Shown: piece after piece, positions 9,460 to 17,439 of the stretch
Position numbering within the stretch: position 1 is the first letter of the stretch
Layout of the letters: each line of letters opens with the position of its first letter
Source: Gemmatimonadota bacterium
GTDB lineage: Bacteria; Gemmatimonadota; Gemmatimonadetes; Gemmatimonadales; GWC2-71-9
Direction of reading: 5' to 3'
Assembly (NCBI GenBank): GCA_039931815.1
Contig: JBDTRF010000003.1
Span: 1-41,274 of the forward strand
DNA length: 41,274 nt
Made by a program: the position numbers and the translations under genes
Notes under the pieces: generated by a model
What the model was told of the DNA's origin: nothing
Database searches by the model: none
Seen by the model: the letters and a program-made list of their open reading frames with translations, nothing else

Positions 9460-9572
9460 GCCCGGCAACTCAGCGGGCCAGACGTTGAGTCAGACGTGTT
9501 GACACCGGGCCACTGCCCGCCTAAATCCCACGGAGAATTGCTCAAGCGGCCCCTCTCACCTGGAGAACCTTC

Positions 9573-10625
9573 GTGTCCGAGTCAATTTCCCGCCGCGGTT
9601 TTCTCGAGTCGACGGGCGCGGTCATGGCGGCGGCCGCCCTGCCCGGGACCATTGCTCCATCGAGAATCGACGCGCCCGCGGTCATCCTCCGTCCCCTGGC
9701 GAGCACCATCGCGATCTCGTCAGAAAATGGAATCCGGGGGGTGGCCAAGGCAGCCCAGCTCATGCTGGGCGGGACGGATACGCTGGATGCCGCCATCGAA
9801 GGCGTCAAGATCCAGGAGCTTGATCCGACGGATACGTCGGTCGGGTATGGCGGACTTCCCAACGCGGACGGCGTGGTTCAGCTCGACGCGTCGTGCGTCC
9901 ACGGCCCGACGAAACGGGCCGGGGCGGTCGCAGCGCTGGAGGGCATCAGGACGCCCAGCGAGGTGGCGAAGCTGGTGCTCAAGTACACCAACCATATTCT
10001 GCTGGTCGGCGAAGGGGCCAAACGATTTGCGTTGTCCTACGGGTTCAAGGAAGAGGACTTGCTGACGCCAGAATCTCGTCAGGCCTGGCTCGCCTGGCGT
10101 GCCAACCGGGGCAAGGAAGATGATTTTGTGGACGTCCCTGCCAGTGAGCAGATGGTCGTCGGCCGGCCGACGGGAACGATTAACATGAACGTGATCAACG
10201 CGAAGGGAGAAATCTCTTCCGTGACGACTACGGCCGGCCTGGCCTGGAAGATCCCGGGCCGGGCTGGCGACTCTCCCATTGTCGGGGCCGGACAGTACAC
10301 CGACAACGAGATCGGAGCGGCAGGTTCGACCGGACTGGGAGAGGCCAACATCATGGTGTGTGGCGGGTTCCTCACGGTCGAGCACATGCGACGGGGAATG
10401 AAGCCCACCGATGCCGCCATGGAGACGCTCAAGCGGGTCGTGGCCATGGCGCCACCCAGGTTGATCGACGAACAGGGTCATCCCCGGTTCAACATTCAGT
10501 TCTATGCGGTGAACAAGCGGGGGGAGTACGGTTCCGCCTCGCTCCTCCCTGGTCAGTATGCCGTGTATGACGGCAGCCAGGCAATCAAGAAGGACATGGC
10601 TTACATGTTTGAGAGACCGAAATGA
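9573..10625 (+). CDS. Tat-exported Ntn hydrolase of the asparaginase-2 family (glycosylasparaginase / isoaspartyl peptidase-like)
   Basis: GTG start after GGAG, twin-arginine SRRGFL. Motifs SVGYGGLPN.DG.VQLDAS, GAVAALE, LLVGEGA, PTG|TIN (autocleavage, nucleophile Thr codon 10176-10178), GLAWKIPGRAGDSP.VGAG and STGLGE. Confidence 0.9.
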   Translation: MSESISRRGFLESTGAVMAAAALPGTIAPSRIDAPAVILRPLASTIAISSENGIRGVAKAAQLMLGGTDTLDAAIEGVKIQELDPTDTSVGYGGLPNADGVVQLDASCVHGPTKRAGAVAALEGIRTPSEVAKLVLKYTNHILLVGEGAKRFALSYGFKEEDLLTPESRQAWLAWRANRGKEDDFVDVPASEQMVVGRPTGTINMNVINAKGEISSVTTTAGLAWKIPGRAGDSPIVGAGQYTDNEIGAAGSTGLGEANIMVCGGFLTVEHMRRGMKPTDAAMETLKRVVAMAPPRLIDEQGHPRFNIQFYAVNKRGEYGSASLLPGQYAVYDGSQAIKKDMAYMFERPK

Positions 10626-11785
10626 CGAATGATTTTCTCGCTGGAATACGAGGGCGGACGATCGTCCGCCACGCCCTGATCGTTGGAGCGCTCGTCCTGG
10701 GTTCAACCCGCCACGCGGCGGCACAACGCTGGGTCGATAGTCGCTATCCGTATCTCACCTCGAGTGCGAATGATTTTCCAATGCTGGCCGCGCGGTTTCA
10801 ATGGAGTCGCGGGGTTGATGATTATCTCTCGCCGCTGCCGTATTCCGGCAACCTGAGTCTTGACGGCGGTCTCAGCACCCGGGGGAGTTACTTCCTGACG
10901 GCCCAATTCCGGGCTCCCGGCCTCAAGGAAGGATGGCGGTTTGCCAGCGTGGCTTCCGTCGCGCGTGAATCGCGGTTCGGGTTCTTCGGCGTCGGCAATG
11001 ACACCCGGTTCGACGAGTCACTGGTGAACGACGCTCAACCGTATTTCTACCGGGTCAAGCGAGAGCGGTCACTGGTACAGGCGGAGATTACCCGCCGCCT
11101 GGTCGGCCACCTCCACGTATCGGGAGCCGCGGGGTTTGATCATACGAAGTTCAATCCGCTGCCGGGTCCCTCAATTTTCCGCGACTCCTTTCCCGACGAT
11201 CGGGAGGACAACGACGTCACGGGACGAATTTCCCTGATCTTCGATACCCGGGATAACGAATACAACACCACACGTGGCATCATGATCGAAACCGGAGCAA
11301 TGGCGGGAAGCGGCGGCGAAGGCTACAGCCGCTTCTACGGTTCGATTCGGGGGTTCGTCCCGATCCGCGACGGCGCCGTCGTGGCCGCCCGGCTCCTCGG
11401 CTCCGCAACCGGCGGCACGCCGCCGCTCCACGCGCGCTTCGAGCTGCCGATGTGGGAGAACACGCTCACGGTTTTCGGGGGCACCGATTCGCATCGGGCG
11501 TTCGACGATGGGCGGTTTGGCGGGGAGCATGTCCTCTTTGCAAACCTGGAGGTCAGGCACAACATCATCGACCTGGCAACCCTTGGCGCCATTTCCGCCG
11601 TTGGCTTCGTCGATGCCGGCCGGGTCTTCGAGGGTGAGAAGTTCCGCCTGACAACGGACAAGGTAAAAGTCGGCGCCGGAGCCGGGCTTGCCATCCGGCT
11701 GCTTCGCTCCACCATCTTTACGTTCAATCTCGCCAGGGGAGACGAGGGCTGGAATTTTACGATTAATAATGGATGGCTGTTCTAA
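10622..11785 (+). CDS. BamA/TamA (Omp85)-family outer-membrane beta-barrel lacking POTRA domains
   Basis: Signal peptide ending AAA-Q, alternating beta-strand pattern, FFGVGN, FDTRDN, FVDAGRV, GAGAGLAIR, C-terminal GWLF. At 387 aa there is no room for POTRA repeats. ATGA overlap with the upstream gene. Confidence 0.8.
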   Translation: MTNDFLAGIRGRTIVRHALIVGALVLGSTRHAAAQRWVDSRYPYLTSSANDFPMLAARFQWSRGVDDYLSPLPYSGNLSLDGGLSTRGSYFLTAQFRAPGLKEGWRFASVASVARESRFGFFGVGNDTRFDESLVNDAQPYFYRVKRERSLVQAEITRRLVGHLHVSGAAGFDHTKFNPLPGPSIFRDSFPDDREDNDVTGRISLIFDTRDNEYNTTRGIMIETGAMAGSGGEGYSRFYGSIRGFVPIRDGAVVAARLLGSATGGTPPLHARFELPMWENTLTVFGGTDSHRAFDDGRFGGEHVLFANLEVRHNIIDLATLGAISAVGFVDAGRVFEGEKFRLTTDKVKVGAGAGLAIRLLRSTIFTFNLARGDEGWNFTINNGWLF

Positions 11786-11880
11786 GCGGGGGGGAGCGGG
11801 GCACGGGGACGGTAAACACAGACTCAGTCGAACAGGGTTTCGGACGGCCCGACCGGGTTTGTGAGATCATCCAGCGACTG

Positions 11881-12423
11881 TTAACTCTGCCTCGCTTCTT
11901 CGAGGCCTTCCTTCCCCGCCACAATTGCCATGACTTCCCGTAGGGTTGTCTCGCCTCTGTCCCGTGCATACCACTTCCGTACCTGGGGATAGAGTTCTGC
12001 CTTCGGAATCGTCCCCTTGTTTGCCATGACCCATTCCTGCAACGCCTTTGGGCGTGGACCCCAGTACCCTAACTCCTCGTAATTTTCATCCAGCACGATG
12101 ACCACAGGAATTGATCGGGACCCGTTGGTCAGATAGCGGTCCATGACGTCGAGGTGTTCGTCGCGACGGATGATACGGAGCGAGATCTCCGGTGTCACAC
12201 TGGCCCAATGCGCCAGGAAGGGGATCGTGTTGGATGCGTCACCACACCAGTCCTCCGCGATCACCAGCAGATTGCGTTTTTTCCCCTTGGTCGCCCCGGC
12301 AGCCCATGCTGGGATCTGGGACAGGCGAAACAATCCTTCCCACAAGGCATGATGACTGCCGCTTACCGCGAGAAACTCGTCGAACTTCATTGCCTCGGAC
12401 CAGAGGCCGGCATAGTTCGCCAT
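11881..12423 (-). CDS. Thioredoxin-fold protein (Thioredoxin_9-like, WCGD motif)
   Basis: IAEDWCGDA, YLTNGSRSIP (cis-Pro loop), WGPRP. Start at ATG 12423 preceded by GGAG. Confidence 0.85.
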   Translation of the reverse strand: MANYAGLWSEAMKFDEFLAVSGSHHALWEGLFRLSQIPAWAAGATKGKKRNLLVIAEDWCGDASNTIPFLAHWASVTPEISLRIIRRDEHLDVMDRYLTNGSRSIPVVIVLDENYEELGYWGPRPKALQEWVMANKGTIPKAELYPQVRKWYARDRGETTLREVMAIVAGKEGLEEARQS

Positions 12424-12617
12424 TTTCAACTCCACCTGCTGAAGAAACGAAACGAAACGATCGAAACCACCTCCGACGTGATAGAGGATGACCCGCTGAA
12501 AGGCCTCCGAACCTTGAGCGTAGCCTCGATTAAACACAAGTGTCCGGCCGGTTGTTCCGAAATCCTTCCTTGAGGTCGCTGGTATTTTCCGGGCACGGTA
12601 GATAGTTACATTCAAGT

Positions 12618-13256
12618 ATGACCTCACCCGCCTCGCCGCCCTCACCTCCTTCTCCAGCGGCACCGGCCAAGCGCGACGGCGAAGCAACCCGTCAGCGACT
12701 TCATCGGGCCGGCCTCGACCTGTACACGACGGTCGGCTTTCGCGGGACCACGACGCCGATGATCGCCGAACGAGCTGGCGTCGCCGAGGGAACGATTTAC
12801 CGTCATTTCACCGGCAAGGAACACCTGCTCAACGAGATTTATCGTGGAGCCCAGCGGTGGGCCACTCGCCAGATTCGGGACATGGAGACAGAGAAGGCTC
12901 TTAAACCCGCCGATCGCCTGACGCGCTTCGCCCGGGCGCTTTCCGATGCCGCGGAGCGGGATCCCGCCGTCGTCCGGATGCTGTTTTACCCCGGCAACGA
13001 CCCCCATCTCGATGACAAGAGCCACGAATCGGCGCACGAGTTAAGCGAGGCATTGCAGCAGGTGATCGCCATGGGAAAATCCGATGGCATCGTGCGTCCG
13101 GGGCCGGCGGAGCTCTGGGCCTCGGTGTGGTATGCCCTGGTCGAGTTTGTCGCCATGCGAATATGCGCAAAGGAATGGACCGCGGACCATCCCCAGGTGT
13201 CCATGGCGCTCGAGGCGGCGTGGGATTCGATTGCAGCCAAGGGGGCGGAGGCCTGA
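12618..13256 (+). CDS. TetR/AcrR-family transcriptional regulator
   Basis: GFRGTTTPMIAERAGVAEGTIYRHFTGKEHL HTH signature; divergent from the thioredoxin-like gene. Confidence 0.92.
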   Translation: MTSPASPPSPPSPAAPAKRDGEATRQRLHRAGLDLYTTVGFRGTTTPMIAERAGVAEGTIYRHFTGKEHLLNEIYRGAQRWATRQIRDMETEKALKPADRLTRFARALSDAAERDPAVVRMLFYPGNDPHLDDKSHESAHELSEALQQVIAMGKSDGIVRPGPAELWASVWYALVEFVAMRICAKEWTADHPQVSMALEAAWDSIAAKGAEA

Positions 13257-13445
13257 TGGCAAAGTCATATCCTGCATCTGGTTATATCATGGATTCGGCA
13301 TTGGGACACCGGCCTTTCGACTGGCGTTTGTGAGAGTCGTGCAGAATAATTCCTCTTGATCGTCCTCCACTCACCGCCCTCACGGCATTCGAGCTGTTCT
13401 CCAGCTCTTTGCCTCCCCAGGAAACTGATTCGAAGCGAGTTCCCC

Positions 13446-13856
13446 ATGAAGAATCAAATCGTTTTGCTGCTGGCTGGTGTCCTTTCCGTCCAGGGTTGTG
13501 CCTCCGCCGCTGATACCCAGGCAGATGAGTTGGGAACGTACGTCAGGGCGGAGCCATCGGTATTGATCCTGTCACCCGGGCAGTCTTCACTCGCCACGAC
13601 TCGAGCCTTCAACCTCTCGACCAATGACCCAGCGGATGTCGCCTGGTCCATCGGTCATGTCGGGGCGGGGCTGACGGTGGCGGAAGACACGGCGTTCGGC
13701 CTGCTCTACCAGGGTGAGCGCCTGGCCCAACCGGCCAGATCCAATATCAGGCGGTATGTGGTCACTCTGACCGGGCCGGACAGCAGCTCCTTCGTGATTA
13801 GCGGAGATGCCAGTGTGGCCACGATCGTCGTCCGTCCAGCGGTTCCGGCCCCCTGA
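13446..13856 (+). CDS. Hypothetical lipoprotein (beta-rich, possibly Ig-like)
   Basis: MKNQIVLLLAGVLSVQG-C lipobox from ATG 13446; no family recognised. Confidence 0.6.
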   Translation: MKNQIVLLLAGVLSVQGCASAADTQADELGTYVRAEPSVLILSPGQSSLATTRAFNLSTNDPADVAWSIGHVGAGLTVAEDTAFGLLYQGERLAQPARSNIRRYVVTLTGPDSSSFVISGDASVATIVVRPAVPAP

Positions 13857-13871
13857 TTCCGGTGCTTTGAG

Positions 13872-14465
13872 CTGACTCCCGAACTCTCCCGGGGTGCGCC
13901 CGGCACAGCCACCCCGACGATCTGGACCATCGGTCATTCGACCCGGACGATAGATCAGTTTCAGGAAATCCTTGATCATCACGAGATCGAGGCTATCGCC
14001 GATGTGCGGCGCTTTCCCGGATCACGTCGTCACCCTCAGTTCGGCCAGGACGCACTCCGGGCCTCTCTCACAAAGGCCAATCGGTCCTACCTCTGGTTAC
14101 CTTCGCTTGGTGGTCGCCGAAACCCGTCACCAGATTCTCCCAATACCGGCTGGCGAAACGCATCATTTCGAGCCTATGCCGATCACACCTCGACCGAAGA
14201 ATTCGCCGAAGGATTGTTTGATCTGCTCACCATGGCGCGGGGCCTTCGGACGGCGATCATGTGCGCCGAGGCGGTGTGGTGGCATTGTCACCGGGGGATC
14301 ATCGCGGATGTGCTGTGCGTCAGTGGGGTTCTGGTGGGCCACATTACCGACAAGGGCCCCGCCACCATGCATCCTTACACTCAGCCGGCCCGCATCGTGG
14401 ATGGACGCTTGTCATACGAAGCCCGGGACACTGACCAGCTCAGCCTGACCACATTGGATCCTTGA
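13872..14465 (+). CDS. DUF488-family protein (start uncertain)
   Basis: In frame: IWTIGHSTR (13920), DVRRFPGSRR, LGGRR, FRAYADH, MCAEAVWWHCHR. No ATG/GTG/TTG upstream of the conserved N-terminus; CTG 13872 used provisionally. Confidence 0.8.
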   Translation: MTPELSRGAPGTATPTIWTIGHSTRTIDQFQEILDHHEIEAIADVRRFPGSRRHPQFGQDALRASLTKANRSYLWLPSLGGRRNPSPDSPNTGWRNASFRAYADHTSTEEFAEGLFDLLTMARGLRTAIMCAEAVWWHCHRGIIADVLCVSGVLVGHITDKGPATMHPYTQPARIVDGRLSYEARDTDQLSLTTLDP

Positions 14466-14510
14466 TGCACCGGATTTCGAGGGACAGGTGTCATTCAACA
14501 CAAGCCAGAC

Positions 14511-14864
14511 ATGATCGAGAGTGAGCGTGAGGAGGACGAATGGTCCTCAGCGCAGGCACCACGCGCGCGTTTCCGACACCCATGGCACTGGGGCAGGCTG
14601 GCCGGAGGCGGGTATATCCTGCTGGTGGCGATGGCTGCCGGCTACGTGACCTATCGCCTGGCGTTTGCGGGCCTGCGTTCGCCCTTTGTCGGAATCATCA
14701 TGATCATCCTGGGCTGGCCCTGGTCCCGTCCACTGGGAGAGCATTTCACGGCACACGGTCCCCTCGGTGTCGGGCTTGTCCTGGCGCTGTCGTATTCCCT
14801 GAACGCCGCGACATTGTACATCGTGGGAGTCGGTCTCCAGCGCCTGGTCCGGAGAGGTAGATAG
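14511..14864 (+). CDS. Hypothetical membrane protein (about 3 TM segments)
   Basis: Three hydrophobic segments; fills the gap between co-oriented genes. Confidence 0.55.
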   Translation: MIESEREEDEWSSAQAPRARFRHPWHWGRLAGGGYILLVAMAAGYVTYRLAFAGLRSPFVGIIMIILGWPWSRPLGEHFTAHGPLGVGLVLALSYSLNAATLYIVGVGLQRLVRRGR

Positions 14865-14905
14865 GTTTCGGCTAGCTGTATTGAATCACTTACTGAGGAG
14901 ACGCC

Positions 14906-15220
14906 ATGCCATTTGATCAATACCACGAACCACCCGCAGAGCTTCCCGAGAAGACCCGGACCTTCGCCCGGATGATGGCGTCCCTGATCGAGGAGGCCGA
15001 GGCGATCGGCTGGTATGAGCAACGCCTGGCTGTCGAAAAGGATCGCGAAGCGCGCGCTGTCATGACCAACGCCCAGCAGGAGGAGTTCAAGCACTTCGGA
15101 ATGGATCTCGAATTCATCCTGCGCAAGAAGCCCAAGTTTCGCACCGTGCTGAAAGCTATTCTTTTCAAGGAGGGTGATATCGTCGAACACGGCGAGGAAG
15201 CGGAAGAAGAGATCGACTAG
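14906..15220 (+). CDS. Encapsulated-ferritin (EncFtn)-like ferritin-superfamily protein
   Basis: GAGGAG RBS. HEP...SLIEEAEAIGWYEQR...EEFKH..M.LE.I.R...LF.EG.I parallels the EncFtn pattern HEP...EELEAVDWYDQR...EEKEH..M.LEW.RR...LFTEG.I. Confidence 0.8.
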   Translation: MPFDQYHEPPAELPEKTRTFARMMASLIEEAEAIGWYEQRLAVEKDREARAVMTNAQQEEFKHFGMDLEFILRKKPKFRTVLKAILFKEGDIVEHGEEAEEEID

Positions 15221-15401
15221 ATGCTTCGACCGGACCCGCCGAGTCAGTGCGAATGAAAAACGGGACCCATCGTCAAAGAGTGGTTTGGACCCGGAAAGGG
15301 GGCGAGTGGGTTAGATTAACCGGCGCGCCCTTCGGGCCCAGGCTCAGAGCCCGTTTTCAGGGGCCCCTTTGGGGCCCTTCGCTTTTACGAACAGGACCAG
15401 T

Positions 15402-16778
15402 GTGCCGTTCAGTGCCCTCAAGCTTCATCCCCTTCTCCTCAAGGGGCTTAAAGAGCTCGGCTTTGCCCGCCCAACCCCGATTCAAACCGACGCGATCCCG
15501 CCCGCCATGGAAGGTCGCGATGTCCTCGCCTGTGCGATGACCGGAAGCGGCAAGACGGCGGCTTTTCTTCTCCCGATCCTGCATCGCCTGATTGAGAAGC
15601 CGCGAGGAACAACCCGGGCGCTGGTGCTGACTCCAACCCGGGAGCTTGCCGCCCAGATCCTGGCTGATCTCAATGATCTCGCCATTCACACGCCGATCAC
15701 GGGCGCTGCCGTTTTTGGTGGCGTGGGGATGGGGCCACAGGAGCACGCGTTCAGAAGTGGCGCGGACGTGCTCATTGCAACACCGGGACGCCTGCTCGAC
15801 CATTTTCGCTCAAGCTACGCCAAGCTTTCAGGCCTGGAACACCTCGTCCTCGACGAAGCAGACCGGATGCTGGACATGGGATTTCTTCCGGACATCCGGA
15901 AAGTGCTGCGGCACATTCCGGCCAGGCGCCAGACGCTCTTCTTCAGCGCCACCATGCCCGGCCCGATCCTCACGCTCACCCGCGAGATGCTTCAGAACCC
16001 CGCCACGATCAATCTCCAGCGGCAGGCGGCGCCCGCCGTCGGAATCACCCAGGCCGTCTACCCGATTTCCCAGGATCTCAAGTCGGCGCTCTTCCTCGCG
16101 CTGCTCACCCGGGGCGACATGAAAGAAGCGCTGGTGTTCACCCGGACCAAGCACCGGGCGGATCGCCTGATGAAATACCTGGTCAAGAGCGGGATCAAGG
16201 CCGAGCGCATTCACGGGAATCGTTCCCAGCCGCAGCGGACCGAAGCACTGGCGGGATTCAAGAGCGGCAAATATCGAGTCCTGGTGGCGACCGACATTGC
16301 GGCACGCGGCATCGACATCGAAGCCCTGGGTCACGTGGTGAATTTTGACGTGCCCAAAGTGCCCGAAGATTACATTCACCGGGTCGGGCGCACGGCGCGG
16401 GCCGAGGCAGTGGGCGACGCGTTCACCTTCGTCGCGCCTGATGAAGAAGCGGATTTCAAGCGGATCGAGCGGGTCGTAGGCCGGCGACTCCCGAGAGTCA
16501 CGGTACCGGATTTCGACTACAAGGCAAAGGCGGAGGTCAAGCTCGAAGTGCCGCTGGCGGAACGCATCGCGGGAATCAAGGCGCGAAAGGCAGAGGACCG
16601 CCAGCGAGCCAAGATCAATGCCGAACGTCGCGCCGCGGCCGAATCTCGGGGCAACCAGCAACGCCGCCCGGACGGCCGGAAGGGCACCGATGCACGCCGG
16701 CCGGAAGGCGGACGAGGTGGTGAGGGTCGGCGAGGTCCAGGCGGGCGTCCCAGCGGGAGGGGCGGGAACTCGCGCTAG
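15402..16778 (+). CDS. DEAD-box RNA helicase (RhlE-like)
   Basis: Q motif (GFARPTPIQ), TGSGKT, PTRELA, TPGRL, DEAD, SAT, ARGID, HRVGRT, and an Arg/Gly-rich tail. Start taken as GTG 15402 after AGGA. Confidence 0.95.
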   Translation: MPFSALKLHPLLLKGLKELGFARPTPIQTDAIPPAMEGRDVLACAMTGSGKTAAFLLPILHRLIEKPRGTTRALVLTPTRELAAQILADLNDLAIHTPITGAAVFGGVGMGPQEHAFRSGADVLIATPGRLLDHFRSSYAKLSGLEHLVLDEADRMLDMGFLPDIRKVLRHIPARRQTLFFSATMPGPILTLTREMLQNPATINLQRQAAPAVGITQAVYPISQDLKSALFLALLTRGDMKEALVFTRTKHRADRLMKYLVKSGIKAERIHGNRSQPQRTEALAGFKSGKYRVLVATDIAARGIDIEALGHVVNFDVPKVPEDYIHRVGRTARAEAVGDAFTFVAPDEEADFKRIERVVGRRLPRVTVPDFDYKAKAEVKLEVPLAERIAGIKARKAEDRQRAKINAERRAAAESRGNQQRRPDGRKGTDARRPEGGRGGEGRRGPGGRPSGRGGNSR

Positions 16779-16865
16779 TGTAATCGAGTTCGCGATGGGC
16801 GTCTACAGGCGTCCCGCGTACGGCAAATGACCGCGAATATCGGTGAGAGAGGGACAATTTCTTAC

Positions 16866-16886
16866 GCGATAGGCGATAGGCGATAG
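16866..16886. repeat. Heptamer tandem repeat (GCGATAG)x3
   Basis: gcgatag gcgatag gcgatag read directly, ending 10 nt upstream of ATG 16897. Confidence 0.9.
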
Positions 16887-16896
16887 GCCCCAGAAT

Positions 16897-17370
16897 ATGC
16901 GAACTCCGCTCGTTTTCCTGTTCCTCATTGGCCTGGTTGGCTGTGCCAAGGACTCCACGGGCAGCAATACTCATGCATTTCCTGCATCCCGCGTAACCGG
17001 AACCTGGACGGTGGTGCTCGGTGACAGCTTTCCCTGTCCCGATTCTGTGCCAGAACGAACTTTCCTTGTGAATGTTTCCGGTAACGATGACGACATTCTT
17101 CCCGCCGGCTCGCTCTCGTTTGCCGATACCTGGACCTCGCCATCGGGCGTGAATGGTGTCGACTACGGGACCATCAACGTCGACACCAGGCTGGTCCTCA
17201 TCCACCTCGTCGCCCAGGACAGCCTCACTCGAGCGCTGGAACTCAAAGCCTTCATCGATGACACCCTTGGCTTGCACGGTCGCGCGGTGGATCCTTATGC
17301 CGGCTACTCCCCATTGCTGACGACTGCGGGGTGCGAGTTTGATCTGAGTGGGCGACGGACGAGTCCGTAG
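16897..17370 (+). CDS. Hypothetical lipoprotein
   Basis: MRTPLVFLFLIGLVG-C lipobox; beta-rich mature part with VTGTW and two further Cys. Confidence 0.7.
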   Translation: MRTPLVFLFLIGLVGCAKDSTGSNTHAFPASRVTGTWTVVLGDSFPCPDSVPERTFLVNVSGNDDDILPAGSLSFADTWTSPSGVNGVDYGTINVDTRLVLIHLVAQDSLTRALELKAFIDDTLGLHGRAVDPYAGYSPLLTTAGCEFDLSGRRTSP

Positions 17371-17439
17371 ACGGGGGGGGGTGCGAGAAGCTAGAAAGAG
17401 GAAGGGATGGAACAACGGCCCGGTCGTCCGGTCCGATGA

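Noticed and set aside
11786-11812. G-run cluster (G7, G4, G4, G2) as a G-quadruplex
   Set aside because: Expected by chance in GC-rich DNA and better viewed as a short degenerate 7-nt repeat; no functional support.
17373-17381. G9 homopolymer as a phase-variation tract
   Set aside because: Lies after a stop codon between convergent genes, not in a CDS or promoter.
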